Positions 1 through 9,547 of a stretch of DNA of 56,195 nucleotides are shown here, piece after piece. Below the pieces are notes generated by a model. That model was not told where the DNA came from. It was given only the letters and a program-made list of their open reading frames with translations, and ran no database searches. The DNA lies in IMG/VR virus record IMGVR_UViG_3300030060_000209, positions 1 to 56,195 of that record; one strand, written 5' to 3'. Made by a program: the position numbers and the translations under genes. Each line of letters opens with the position of its first letter. Within the stretch, counting starts at the first letter, position 1. The DNA is from a virus (taxonomy: Duplodnaviria > Caudoviricetes).

Positions 1-440
1 CTAGTTTTGAATATATGGCAGGAAACAAGATTGTCATGGAGACTGGGCATAGTTTGATTGTACAGAGTGACACGGCAAATAGCTTGGACACAGTAGCGAG
101 TATAATGGAGATCACCTAATGCCACTTCTTGGAAACACATTAGTATCCAGTTTCAAGGCTAGGCCTACTCGGCAGGAGTTTAGTGGTGATGGGTCTACCA
201 CCACCTTTACCTTGAATCAGACAGTTCGTGCAGAGGATATTGTGGTTTCTGTAGACGGTGTGGTTCAAGAGCCGACAGGTGCTTATACAGTGCCAGATGG
301 GACTACCCTTACCTTTACTGCTGCGCCATCCAGCAATTCAGGTAATAACATCTTTGTGATTTACATGGGTGTGACCAGTGGCTCTATTTCTCCTGCTGTA
401 GAAAATCGAGGTAACTTCAAGTCTGGCGGTATTTTTCGCA
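1..440. repeat. Left copy of 440-bp imperfect terminal direct repeat
   Basis: Matches 55756-56195 base for base except 15 substitutions (manual alignment). Confidence 0.97.
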
Positions 441-571
441 CAAACAATCAAAGCCTGACAACAGATACAACCATCCTAGCCACAGAGAACGCCAACGTAA
501 CTGGTCCGTTTACTGTGGCTTCTGGTGTAACGCTAACCGTTGAAAGCGGTGGGACATTGGTGACGCTATGA
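119..571 (+). CDS. Tail-fibre adaptor/proximal protein, module A
   Basis: GDGSTTTFTL..VSVDGVVQEP motif typical of phage fibre/baseplate proteins; C-terminus paralogous to 3427-3888; SD GGAG at 107 with TAATG coupling. Confidence 0.65.
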   Translation: MPLLGNTLVSSFKARPTRQEFSGDGSTTTFTLNQTVRAEDIVVSVDGVVQEPTGAYTVPDGTTLTFTAAPSSNSGNNIFVIYMGVTSGSISPAVENRGNFKSGGIFRTNNQSLTTDTTILATENANVTGPFTVASGVTLTVESGGTLVTL

Positions 572-963
572 GTACATTAAAAGCAGATACCATACAAAGC
601 ACAGGCGGTGGTGCGGCTACGCTAACTAATCAAGAGGCAGCAAAAGTTTTAGCTCTATATGACCAAGATACTCCACAAGTTCGTGGTTCTACTAACGTAT
701 CTAGTGTGACAGATACATCAACAGGCATATTTAAAGTAAATCTTACAAACGCCATGAGTTCTACTTCTGATACATACATTTCAGGAGTATCTAATCATAC
801 TACTGGATTGAGTTTTGCGAGAACATTAACTTTTGCACACGATAACACTAGTGGATACACAACCGGTGTTATACCCATGGAAACTTCTTACACAACTACG
901 AGTGCAAATAATGTTAGTGACCAAGAGTGGACTAGTGTAATCATACATGGAGACCTAGCATGA
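568..963 (+). CDS. Small tail-fibre/receptor-binding paralogue A1 (GDLA family)
   Basis: LKADTI N-terminus, AK-x-x..NVSSVTD.TG core, ends HGDLA; ATGA overlap. Confidence 0.7.
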   Translation: MSTLKADTIQSTGGGAATLTNQEAAKVLALYDQDTPQVRGSTNVSSVTDTSTGIFKVNLTNAMSSTSDTYISGVSNHTTGLSFARTLTFAHDNTSGYTTGVIPMETSYTTTSANNVSDQEWTSVIIHGDLA

Positions 964-1358
964 GTGAGATAAAAACAGACAAACTCACTGGCGTAGGCAC
1001 TGCTGGGTCTATTGTAGTCACAGGTGAAGGTAATAGCACGACCACTAACTTGCAGCAGGGTCTGGCGAAGGTTTGGTCGCATATTCAAGGGTCAGATGCC
1101 GCTATACAAGATAGTTTTAACGTATCTTCCTCTACTGATGTAGGAACTGGAAGAGAAACGATAACTTTTTCTAACAATATGAATAATGATGACTATTCAG
1201 GACACATTAGTTCTTCTGGTGCTGGGAGTCCTGCTTTGTTTTATTCTCGTATCAGGGTACTTTCTACGTCACAGTTTGGTGATGATGCTGTAAATAGTGG
1301 TGGAGCATATACTGATGCAGCGGATATTTGTTACAGCATTAACGGAGACCTAGCATAA
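960..1358 (+). CDS. Small tail-fibre/receptor-binding paralogue A2
   Basis: QQGLAKVW..DSFNVSSSTD.GTG..NGDLA. Confidence 0.7.
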   Translation: MSEIKTDKLTGVGTAGSIVVTGEGNSTTTNLQQGLAKVWSHIQGSDAAIQDSFNVSSSTDVGTGRETITFSNNMNNDDYSGHISSSGAGSPALFYSRIRVLSTSQFGDDAVNSGGAYTDAADICYSINGDLA

Positions 1359-1771
1359 TGGCACTAGGAAAAATAAAAGCAGATACCCTAGAACACAGCA
1401 CCGCTGGGTCACTTGATACATCTTATGTTGTTAATGGTAGTGCAAAGGTGTGGGTGAACTTTAATGGAACTAGTACTGTTGCAATTCGTGGAAGCAATAA
1501 CGTAACAAGTATTACGGATAATGGTACTGGTGATTACACGGCAAACTTTACGACTGCAATAACTGATGCAAATTATGCAGTTACAAATGGCTTTACGCCC
1601 TATACATCTACAAACTTTACAACATATGGAGCCATTCATGGAAGCGCAGCAAGTGGTGCAACTACAAAGACAACATCTACTATTCGTGTTGAGTACAAGA
1701 ACGTGGCAAACGACAGTAATTTTTATGATGCCGCAGAAATCAATGTAGTAATTCATGGAGACCTAACATAA
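1358..1771 (+). CDS. Small tail-fibre/receptor-binding paralogue A3
   Basis: AKVWVNFNGTSTVAIRGSNNVTSITDNGTGDYT..HGDLT. Confidence 0.72.
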   Translation: MALGKIKADTLEHSTAGSLDTSYVVNGSAKVWVNFNGTSTVAIRGSNNVTSITDNGTGDYTANFTTAITDANYAVTNGFTPYTSTNFTTYGAIHGSAASGATTKTTSTIRVEYKNVANDSNFYDAAEINVVIHGDLT

Positions 1772-2247
1772 TGCAGACACCAGAATTTCAAGGCACACAC
1801 CTATTTGACAGACTATGCTGGGCAAAGGAAAACCTTGAGCCGCATCAGTCAGACTATCGTGTGGTCTATGAGGACAGCGTTGATGAGTGTGCAAAGATAC
1901 TTGTGCCTGATCCAAACTGGATGGCTTGCGCTTTGCAGGGCGGTATTCTGCCACCTGTGCAGGTATACTGGGAACTAGCTAAAGATGAGGCACAGCCCGA
2001 CTTTGTAAAGCACACAAGGGGTTATTTGCTCCATAATACTGAGCCTGTCGAGGCGATGACAGAAGAGCAAGCAATCGAGTATTTAATTATGAAAGACTGC
2101 CCACAGCACGTTTGGCGTGAGTGGGATAGCGGAAATAAACCAAAACTGGTAATATGCCGCAAAGAACAGCTTCCAGCGACAAGAGAGTGGCGCAATGCTT
2201 GGAAGATTAGTGAAGAGTTAGCCACTGATGAAACCGTAGCCGCATAG
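1771..2247 (+). CDS. Hypothetical protein of tail-fibre cluster (probable fibre chaperone partner)
   Basis: 158-aa ORF coupled by TAATG; ends LPATREWRNAWK; paired with 2258-2632. Confidence 0.55.
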   Translation: MQTPEFQGTHLFDRLCWAKENLEPHQSDYRVVYEDSVDECAKILVPDPNWMACALQGGILPPVQVYWELAKDEAQPDFVKHTRGYLLHNTEPVEAMTEEQAIEYLIMKDCPQHVWREWDSGNKPKLVICRKEQLPATREWRNAWKISEELATDETVAA

Positions 2248-2257
2248 GAGAAACCTC

Positions 2258-2632
2258 ATGGCACCAACAACATATATCGTAGATAAGGACGGTAATCAGA
2301 TTGATGCTTCAACCGCTACCGTTCCATCTGATCGTCATTTCCGTGGAGCATGGACTTTGAGTGGTAAAGTTATCTCTGAGGACATGACAGAAGCAAAAAA
2401 GATCTTTCAGGATAAAATCCGTGAAGTTCGCGCACCGCTACTTGATGCAGAGGATGTCGTGTACATGAAAGCTCTTGAAGCTGATGATGCGACTGCAAAG
2501 ACTAATTCTGTGAACAAGAAAAAGGCATTGCGTGACGCACCTGCCGCTTCAGCAATTAGCGATGCAGATACAATCGCAAAGCTAAAGGCAGCTTGGGATA
2601 CATCTGTGTTGGGTGATAGCCCTTACGCATAA
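2258..2632 (+). CDS. Tail-fibre assembly chaperone-like protein
   Basis: IREVRAPLLDAEDVVYMKALE...KKALRDAP..W resembles fibre assembly chaperones; SD GGAG. Confidence 0.6.
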   Translation: MAPTTYIVDKDGNQIDASTATVPSDRHFRGAWTLSGKVISEDMTEAKKIFQDKIREVRAPLLDAEDVVYMKALEADDATAKTNSVNKKKALRDAPAASAISDADTIAKLKAAWDTSVLGDSPYA

Positions 2633-2642
2633 GGATAAGTAG

Positions 2643-3167
2643 ATGGCTCTGACCACAATTTTAAATGATGGATTGGCTATTGGTAGTCAAGGGTTTACAG
2701 AAAGTTCAAAGATTACTCTTGACTCCGCATCTCACTCTGTAACAGGCATACCCGATGGGGTGCGTGAAGTTCATCTTCTTTGGAACGGATTTAGCACCAG
2801 TAGTGGTGGCCCTGGTACAACTATTCGTGTTGGCACTAGTTCTGGTTTGGTAACTTCTGGCTATAATTGTCAATACGCATATATCTATGACAGCAGTGCG
2901 CTAGGAAGAAGCGCATCATCTGCTGGAATAGAAATTGGAAATTGGGGTGCTGGTATAGTCATGTATGGTTATGCGTCTTTATATAGAACTAACGGGACAG
3001 ATGACCTTTGGAATTTCCATTATTTTACCTCTATGTTTACTGACTATGCAGGACAAATATTTGGAACAGGCAATATAGATTTGTCTGCACCATTAGACAG
3101 AATTGCTATGGTTTGCGTTAGCGCAGGAACATTTGATGCTGGTACAATGCAAGTTTTATTTAGGTAA
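2643..3167 (+). CDS. Putative tail-fibre distal/receptor-binding protein
   Basis: 174 aa, S/T/G and beta-rich, ends TFDAGTMQVLFR; followed by chaperone. Confidence 0.55.
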   Translation: MALTTILNDGLAIGSQGFTESSKITLDSASHSVTGIPDGVREVHLLWNGFSTSSGGPGTTIRVGTSSGLVTSGYNCQYAYIYDSSALGRSASSAGIEIGNWGAGIVMYGYASLYRTNGTDDLWNFHYFTSMFTDYAGQIFGTGNIDLSAPLDRIAMVCVSAGTFDAGTMQVLFR

Positions 3168-3172
3168 AAATT

Positions 3173-3427
3173 ATGGCAAAAGCAAAACAACATAACATAG
3201 TTACTGGTGAAGTTACTGAAATAGATTTCACGCAAACTGACTATAGTGCATCTGAAAAGTTGGATATTCTCCGTGAAAAACGTGATGCCAAACTTGCAGA
3301 AACTGATTGGTGGGCATCTAGTGACCTTACCATAACAGACGCACAAAAGAAATATCGTCAAGACCTACGAGACATTACTAAGACAGCCACATCCCTAGAC
3401 GATGTTACTTGGCCGGAGAAACCATAA
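3173..3427 (+). CDS. Phage tail assembly chaperone
   Basis: LREKRDAKLAETDWWASSD...YRQDLRDIT...VTWPEKP signature. Confidence 0.8.
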   Translation: MAKAKQHNIVTGEVTEIDFTQTDYSASEKLDILREKRDAKLAETDWWASSDLTITDAQKKYRQDLRDITKTATSLDDVTWPEKP

Positions 3428-3888
3428 TGCCATACATAGGTAAATCCCCAGAGTTCGGTGTTCGCAACCGCTTCGTGTATCAGGCAACCGCTGGTCAAAC
3501 CAGCTTTTCTGGATCTGATGGTGATGCGAAAACACTGAAATATACGGATAGTCTGTATATGGACGTTTATCAAAACGGTGTGCTTCTCAAGCCCGGAACT
3601 GACTATGCCGCTACGACAGGTACAACGGTTGTACTAGTTACAGGCGCATCACTCAATGACGTAGTTGAGATGGTGGTTTATGACACCTTTGCTATATCGA
3701 GTAGTTACACCAAGACAGAGGCAGATACACGTTACCCATTCAAGGGCAACAACAGCATCATCCGCTTGAATGGTCAGACCATCAGCGCGGACATTACGAT
3801 TGACAGCGATGAGAATGGCGTATCGGCTGGGCCTATTACACAGGACAATGCCACTGTCACTGTTAACGGATATTGGAGTATCGTATGA
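3427..3888 (+). CDS. Tail-fibre adaptor/proximal protein, module B
   Basis: MPYIGKSP..ATAGQTSFSG..DVYQNGVLL; C-terminus similar to 119-571; start moved to ATG 3427 (TAATG). Confidence 0.65.
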   Translation: MPYIGKSPEFGVRNRFVYQATAGQTSFSGSDGDAKTLKYTDSLYMDVYQNGVLLKPGTDYAATTGTTVVLVTGASLNDVVEMVVYDTFAISSSYTKTEADTRYPFKGNNSIIRLNGQTISADITIDSDENGVSAGPITQDNATVTVNGYWSIV

Positions 3889-4313
3889 CCAGTCAGTTAA
3901 ATGTAGATACCATTGTAGATAAGGCTGGCTCTGGCGGTTCCAATGTCAAGATGGCTAATACATCTACCTATGTGTCAGATGGTGGCAGTGCTACGCAGAA
4001 TACTGTGCAGGGGCTGTGTAAAGCATTTGTTGTTTATGGAGAAGATACAGTCATTGATGCTGGTAGTTTTAATATGGCATCTCTTACTGATTCAAACACA
4101 GGACAAACACACCACAATTTTACGAATAGTTTTGTAGGTGCTGAAAGTTACACTGTTGCTATTTCTTGTATTCCCGGCACTGATGTAGCAGAAAGACCTA
4201 GATTGTCATCATGTCTAGCTGGCAGCACTATAACACAAAATGAAGAAGTTGATACTAGCACTGACAGAGATGCTGACCAATTTCATTTCTCAGCACACGG
4301 AGACCTTGCATAA
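3885..4313 (+). CDS. GDLA-family paralogue B1
   Basis: LNVDTI..QGLCKAF..SFNMASLTD.TG..HGDLA; start at ATG 3885 (ATGA overlap). Confidence 0.7.
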   Translation: MTSQLNVDTIVDKAGSGGSNVKMANTSTYVSDGGSATQNTVQGLCKAFVVYGEDTVIDAGSFNMASLTDSNTGQTHHNFTNSFVGAESYTVAISCIPGTDVAERPRLSSCLAGSTITQNEEVDTSTDRDADQFHFSAHGDLA

Positions 4314-4744
4314 TGGCTAGTATTCTAAAAGTAGATACCCTGACAGGTGTAACCACCGCTGGCTCTATCTCAGTTACTGGCGAGGGCAACTCAACCACGA
4401 CTAATCTTCAGCAGGGTTTGGCAAAGGCTTGGTGCAGTTATAACGGTTCTGGAACAACTTTTGCCGACAGTTTTAATATGACATCTGCAACAGACAATGG
4501 AACAGGAAACTATACTTTTACCATTGCTAATGACATGAGTAACGCTAATTATGCAGCATCAACAATTGTTCATCCCGGCACTTCTACTTCTACTGCCATA
4601 CATACTTGTGAGGCAGATTGTAGCAGCGGATATTTAGCGGGTAGCTTGCGAGTGGAAGTTGCTTTTGGAAACGCAGCGTCTTCGGATAGGGCTGAATTTG
4701 ACCCAACAAAGTGTGCAGTAACATTTCACGGAGACCTAGCATAA
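4313..4744 (+). CDS. GDLA-family paralogue B2
   Basis: N-terminal ~38 aa closely match A2 (TGEGNSTTTNLQQGLAK.W); ends HGDLA. Confidence 0.72.
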   Translation: MASILKVDTLTGVTTAGSISVTGEGNSTTTNLQQGLAKAWCSYNGSGTTFADSFNMTSATDNGTGNYTFTIANDMSNANYAASTIVHPGTSTSTAIHTCEADCSSGYLAGSLRVEVAFGNAASSDRAEFDPTKCAVTFHGDLA

Positions 4745-5139
4745 TGGCAAGCGAACTTAGAGTTAACACCCTTAAGGATGCCAGCGGTAATAACAGCGTG
4801 GCTACAAGTGTTGTATTTAATGGTAGCGCAAAGGCTTGGATTAATTTTAACCAAACAGGCACTCAAGCAATTAGAGATTCATATAATATTTCAAGCATAA
4901 CAGATGCAGCAACAGGACAAACAAGTCCGATAGCTTTTACTAGCAGTATGTCTGATGCTAACTTCAGTCCTACCCATTTCAATAATGCTAACACAGGTAA
5001 TAATCACACAGCGTTTGGTAATAATTTTGCTGGGGGATGCGGTGGTTTAGCAACAGGTTCTTTTGGTACATCATCGTATAATACGGGGTATGTTGATGCA
5101 GAGTTAAATTATAATTCTATCAATGGAGACCTAGCATGA
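4744..5139 (+). CDS. GDLA-family paralogue B3
   Basis: NGSAKAWINFN.T.T.AIRDSYNISSITD, like A3; ends NGDLA. Confidence 0.72.
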   Translation: MASELRVNTLKDASGNNSVATSVVFNGSAKAWINFNQTGTQAIRDSYNISSITDAATGQTSPIAFTSSMSDANFSPTHFNNANTGNNHTAFGNNFAGGCGGLATGSFGTSSYNTGYVDAELNYNSINGDLA

Positions 5140-6239
5140 GTAAAGCAGCAGAACTAGCCGCATTGATTGGTTCAGGTCAGGCGCAGACTGCGTCCAATCT
5201 TATAATTAATGGTTCTAATCAAATTGCACAAAGGTCCACAAGTTCTACATCAAGCGGTTATCAAACTGTAGATAGAACAAGGGCAGAGTTTAGTGGTGCT
5301 TCCGTTACACAATCGCAACAAGCATTGACTTCTGGCGGTCCGTATAATGATGGTCATAGGTTTTTCTTTAGATGTGCTAATACAAGTACATCGTCAGCTA
5401 CAAGTGCTTACCTACAGATAAACCAAGAGATTGAAGCACAAAACGTAGCCACTTCAGGTTGGGATGCTACCTCCAGTAGTTCATTTATCACAATGTCATT
5501 TTGGGCAAGGTCTAGTTTAGCTGGAACCTATAATATACATTTACGAACCCATGATGGAACAGCAAGAAGTTTTAGCACCACATTTACTTTAGTAGCTGAT
5601 ACATGGAAAAAAGTAACTGCGACAATTCCCGGCAACTCTGGAATTACGGTAACTAATGACAACGGAATTGGATTACGCTGTTATATAATAGTTCATTATG
5701 GAACAAATTATACAAGTTCAGGACACACAAGTGACGCTTGGCAAACTGTGGACACAGCCGATTTGACAGCCGATTTTGCACAAAACTGGTCTAATACAGC
5801 TAGTGCTACATTTGACATGACGGGCTGGCAGCTTGAGGTTGGACAAGTTAGCACCCCTTATCCGCATGAGGACATAGAAACTACGTTAGCTAAGTGTCAG
5901 CGGTACTTTGAAACTGTGGAATGGAACTCTTATGTTATAACAGGAAATTCCTATTCAACAGCACAAGCGAATCTGGGTCCGATTGTTTGGAAGGTAAATA
6001 AAAGAGCCAATCCAACATTAACTTTTCCAACAATAGGAACTTCGTCTGGCACTATTGGAGTGACAAGTGCAAACGGAAACTTTATTACTCAGGGCAGTGC
6101 GTTTTTGGCAACTACTACAGTAACAAGCGCACAGATGTACAATGCCGCTGATGCTGGGTTTTCTGGATACACTGATGATGGAGTTTGTATGTTGTTTTCT
6201 TATGGGGGTACAACCCTTAAAGTTGATTCGGAGCTATAG
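5136..6239 (+). CDS. Tail fibre/receptor-binding protein with putative carbohydrate-binding-like domain
   Basis: NLIING..IAQR..D R, QLEVG..TPYPHE....LAKCQRYF motifs common in phage fibre proteins. Confidence 0.7.
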   Translation: MSKAAELAALIGSGQAQTASNLIINGSNQIAQRSTSSTSSGYQTVDRTRAEFSGASVTQSQQALTSGGPYNDGHRFFFRCANTSTSSATSAYLQINQEIEAQNVATSGWDATSSSSFITMSFWARSSLAGTYNIHLRTHDGTARSFSTTFTLVADTWKKVTATIPGNSGITVTNDNGIGLRCYIIVHYGTNYTSSGHTSDAWQTVDTADLTADFAQNWSNTASATFDMTGWQLEVGQVSTPYPHEDIETTLAKCQRYFETVEWNSYVITGNSYSTAQANLGPIVWKVNKRANPTLTFPTIGTSSGTIGVTSANGNFITQGSAFLATTTVTSAQMYNAADAGFSGYTDDGVCMLFSYGGTTLKVDSEL

Positions 6240-6425
6240 ATGATTATTAAAGATGCAAAATGGCAAAAAGGTCCACCTCCGATACAGAGTGATGTTGTAA
6301 TATGTTTTACTGCAACGATTAATGACGAAAAAGTAGTAGTACCAAAAGTTGTTGGAAACAGCCATTACGATGAGGCTATGCGCCAAGTAGAGGCTGGTGA
6401 GCTAACTATAGCAGACGCGGATTGA
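6240..6425 (+). CDS. Small fibre-associated protein/chaperone
   Basis: VP...GNSHY....VEAGELTIADAD motif, typically downstream of the above fibre type. Confidence 0.55.
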   Translation: MIIKDAKWQKGPPPIQSDVVICFTATINDEKVVVPKVVGNSHYDEAMRQVEAGELTIADAD

Positions 6426-6428
6426 TGA

Positions 6429-8297
6429 ATGCCTCTAAGCAAATTACAGTTCAAACCCGGAATCAACAGAGAGGGTACAAATTACTCTAATGAAGGCGGT
6501 TGGTTTGATGGTGATAAAATCAGGTTTCGTAACGGTCTACCAGAGCGCATAGGCGGTTGGGTTCGTGTATCCAACACACAAGTAACTGGCACTCCTCGTA
6601 AAATCTTTGACTTCGTGACGTTGTCTTCTCAAAACCTGTTGTTTATAGGCACCGAACAAAAAGTATTTTTAGAAAATGCAGGTACGTTCAACGATATTAC
6701 ACCTATTAGATCCACAGTTAGTCTTGGTGCTAATCCAGTAAATACTAGCGGAGGCGCAGGTAGTGGTGTTGTAACGATTAGCACGCAATCCGCGCATAAT
6801 GCCATAGCTGGAGATTTTGTTACATTAGCCAGTCTTACGGCTACGGACGGTATAACAACCGCACAGCTTAACAAAGAACAAACAATTCTTTCGGTTCCAA
6901 CTACAACTACTTTTACCATTGATACAGGTGGTTCTGCAACTTCTGGTAGCACCGCAGGTGGCGGTTCTAGTGGAACAGCAGCATTTCAAATAAACATAGG
7001 AATAAACACCACGGTTCTTGGTGCAGGTTGGGGTGCAGGTACATGGGGTCGTTTTACTTGGGGTTCCGCGTCAGGATCATTAGCAGGTCAAACCTTACGA
7101 TTGTGGTCAGCAGACAACTTTGGCGAGGATTTAATTTTTAACATTGCGGATAGCACCATTTACTATTGGGACGCGACTAACGGAACAAACACTAGAGCAA
7201 TTGAACTATCTAGTTTAACAGGCGCAAGTGATGTTCCTGCTAAAGCTCGTAAGATACTCGTTTCAGATGTTGATCGACATTGTATAGCTTTTGGAACAAC
7301 TCCAATAGGAAGCGCTGTTCTTGATCCTCTGTTAATTCGTTTTTCAAGCCAAGAAGAGCCTCAAAATTGGACTCCATCTGCTACTAACACTGCTGGTGAT
7401 TTACGTTTATCAAAGGGCAGCGAGATTATTACGGCTGTACAAACCAGTCGTCAGATATTGGTCTGGACAGATCAATCTCTGTACTCAATGCAGTTCCTTG
7501 GACCGCCATTTACTTTTGGTGTGTCAATGCTTGGTGATAACATACGAATAGCTGGTCCCAACACCGCATTAGCAGTCAATGATGTGGTATTCTGGATGGG
7601 ACAGGAAAACTTCTATCTGTATGATGGACGTATTCAAGCCATACCATGCAGTGTTCGTGACTATGTGTTTGGAGACATGAACAATCAACAATCATTTAAG
7701 TTTCATGCTGGTTCAATTGGTAGTCAGACTGAAATATGGTGGTTCTATTGTTCTTCTAGTGCAACAGAAGTGGATCGTTATGTAGTCTATAACTACGGAC
7801 AAAAGGTTTGGTATTACGGTACACTTGTTCGTACTGCATGGAACGACAGAGCCTCTGGCCTTCGTAGCTTCCCGCAAGCCACAGGTGCAGATTTTTATCT
7901 ATATGATCATGAAAATGGTTTAGATGATTTTAGCACGGGCAGCGCTGTTGCAATCAATGCGTTTGTTGAGTCCTCTGATTTTGACATAGGCGATGGGCAA
8001 CAATTTATGCTAGTTCGTAGAATATTGCCAGATTTAAGCTTTAGTGGCTCTTCTGCTAGTAGTCCTGCCGCCTTATTTACTGTAAAAAGTCGTGATTTTG
8101 GTGGTGACAACTTTACCGAATCTCCGTCTGGCAGCGCCGTTAGAACAGCCACAAGTCCTGTTGAGCAATACACTGACAAGATTGATCTTCGCGCTCGTGG
8201 TAGACAAATGGCTATTCGTGTAGAGAATACAGCAGTTGGCGTTAACTGGAGACTTGGCGCTCCTAGACTTGATGCGAGGGCAGATGGTAGGCGATGA
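6429..8297 (+). CDS. Tail tubular/nozzle (head-closure, P22 gp10/T7 gp12-like) protein
   Basis: 622 aa beta-rich; FKPGINREGT..GGWFDGDKIRFR N-terminus, RARGRQ..WRLG C-terminus; precedes ejection genes. Confidence 0.7.
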   Translation: MPLSKLQFKPGINREGTNYSNEGGWFDGDKIRFRNGLPERIGGWVRVSNTQVTGTPRKIFDFVTLSSQNLLFIGTEQKVFLENAGTFNDITPIRSTVSLGANPVNTSGGAGSGVVTISTQSAHNAIAGDFVTLASLTATDGITTAQLNKEQTILSVPTTTTFTIDTGGSATSGSTAGGGSSGTAAFQINIGINTTVLGAGWGAGTWGRFTWGSASGSLAGQTLRLWSADNFGEDLIFNIADSTIYYWDATNGTNTRAIELSSLTGASDVPAKARKILVSDVDRHCIAFGTTPIGSAVLDPLLIRFSSQEEPQNWTPSATNTAGDLRLSKGSEIITAVQTSRQILVWTDQSLYSMQFLGPPFTFGVSMLGDNIRIAGPNTALAVNDVVFWMGQENFYLYDGRIQAIPCSVRDYVFGDMNNQQSFKFHAGSIGSQTEIWWFYCSSSATEVDRYVVYNYGQKVWYYGTLVRTAWNDRASGLRSFPQATGADFYLYDHENGLDDFSTGSAVAINAFVESSDFDIGDGQQFMLVRRILPDLSFSGSSASSPAALFTVKSRDFGGDNFTESPSGSAVRTATSPVEQYTDKIDLRARGRQMAIRVENTAVGVNWRLGAPRLDARADGRR

Positions 8298-8581
8298 CAA
8301 AAAAAATTGTAAGACCTATATTACCAATAGCGCCATCAGAATATGACGCAGTTTTTGTAAATCAACTTGCAAGAACATTAGAACAGTTAATAGACGAGGT
8401 AAGATCAGCAGACGTTAACTTTCAAGGTATATCTAGTTCAGGTGCTGCAAACGTATTAGAGGCTGGTGATTTTTATGTTGGAGAGGCTGGGTTTTTACGA
8501 ATAGTAGAGAAGAATGAAATTTATTCAGGGAGCGTTGAAGGAACCACATCTTTGGGAACTGTCACCGTAACAGTGTCATAA
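8294..8581 (+). CDS. Hypothetical tail-associated protein
   Basis: 95 aa, ATGA overlap with nozzle gene. Confidence 0.55.
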   Translation: MTKKIVRPILPIAPSEYDAVFVNQLARTLEQLIDEVRSADVNFQGISSSGAANVLEAGDFYVGEAGFLRIVEKNEIYSGSVEGTTSLGTVTVTVS

Positions 8582-8659
8582 TTGACGATACTTGTAGAGA
8601 AAGCGTAATGATGTTAAAGTCTAAACACGAACAATTGTTCTTAATTAAAGGATCCAGTT

Positions 8660-9547
8660 ATGGGATTTCTTGATGATCTTGTAAAAGTTGCTCTTCCTGC
8701 TGTTGCTGGTACTTTTCTTGGCCCCGTTGCTGGCAAAGCTTTGGGTGCTAGTGGCATAATGGGAAGCCCATTTATACAAAGCGCTTTAACATCTGGTGCC
8801 ATAGGTTTGTTAACAGGACAAAAGCCTAAAGATGCTCTTAAATCAGCGTTACTTGGTGGACTAGGACAATCAGTTTTTGGCGGCATGGGGCAAGCTGGAA
8901 ACATAGCTGATCAAGCTACAACTTCTACAAGTCTTCCTAATTTAATGGGAACTGGACAAGATCTTCAATTTATGGGTCAGGGAAATAAGGCATTAGACAC
9001 TGCTCAAAAAATAGCAGCAGCAACAGGCGGTGGCGGCGCAATAGAACCCACTGCTGCAAAAACAATGTCTGCTGAATTATTACAGGGTCTTGGATTTGCA
9101 GGTGATCCAGGTAAAGAAAATTTATTATTTAGACTCGCTAATACAAAAGTTGGAGAAGGTATTCTCGCGGGATTAGCAGCGCAAGCTGCGGATTCTTTAT
9201 TTGGTGGTGATGAAGATGAAGACACTAGAGGGGCATTTGAACGCCGACCCTATGCCGCTGGAGGCCCGGGCGGAAAGCTTGGCGGTATAAATTACAATCA
9301 AGGCGGTGTGGTTCAGTATTTCAATCAAGGTGGTGCGATGGATAATTATCCAGCAAATCCTCCTAGAAGAGATGGCCCTATTAATCCGTATGAGGGATCT
9401 GGAACTAAAGATGATGTGCCAGCACTATTAACGGCTGGTGAATTTGTCATGACTCGTGATGCTGTTGAAGGCGCGGGTGGAGGTGATGTAAATCGAGGTC
9501 TTAATCGAATGTACAGTATGATGGATAAATTTGAGGGGATGGCATAA
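8660..9547 (+). CDS. Putative DNA ejection/pilot protein
   Basis: G/A-rich hydrophobic N-terminus; GSGTKDDVPALLTAGEFVMT motif as seen in tape-measure/pilot proteins; YNQGGVV/FNQGGAM motifs. Confidence 0.6.
   Translation: MGFLDDLVKVALPAVAGTFLGPVAGKALGASGIMGSPFIQSALTSGAIGLLTGQKPKDALKSALLGGLGQSVFGGMGQAGNIADQATTSTSLPNLMGTGQDLQFMGQGNKALDTAQKIAAATGGGGAIEPTAAKTMSAELLQGLGFAGDPGKENLLFRLANTKVGEGILAGLAAQAADSLFGGDEDEDTRGAFERRPYAAGGPGGKLGGINYNQGGVVQYFNQGGAMDNYPANPPRRDGPINPYEGSGTKDDVPALLTAGEFVMTRDAVEGAGGGDVNRGLNRMYSMMDKFEGMA

Noticed and set aside
1-440. True T7-like direct terminal repeat
   Set aside because: It begins and ends inside coding sequence and the copies differ at 15 sites; it better fits circular permutation/assembly overlap
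119-6425. Diversity-generating retroelement or invertible shufflon acting on fibre genes
   Set aside because: No reverse transcriptase or invertase ORF; paralogues differ at all base types and are all co-oriented
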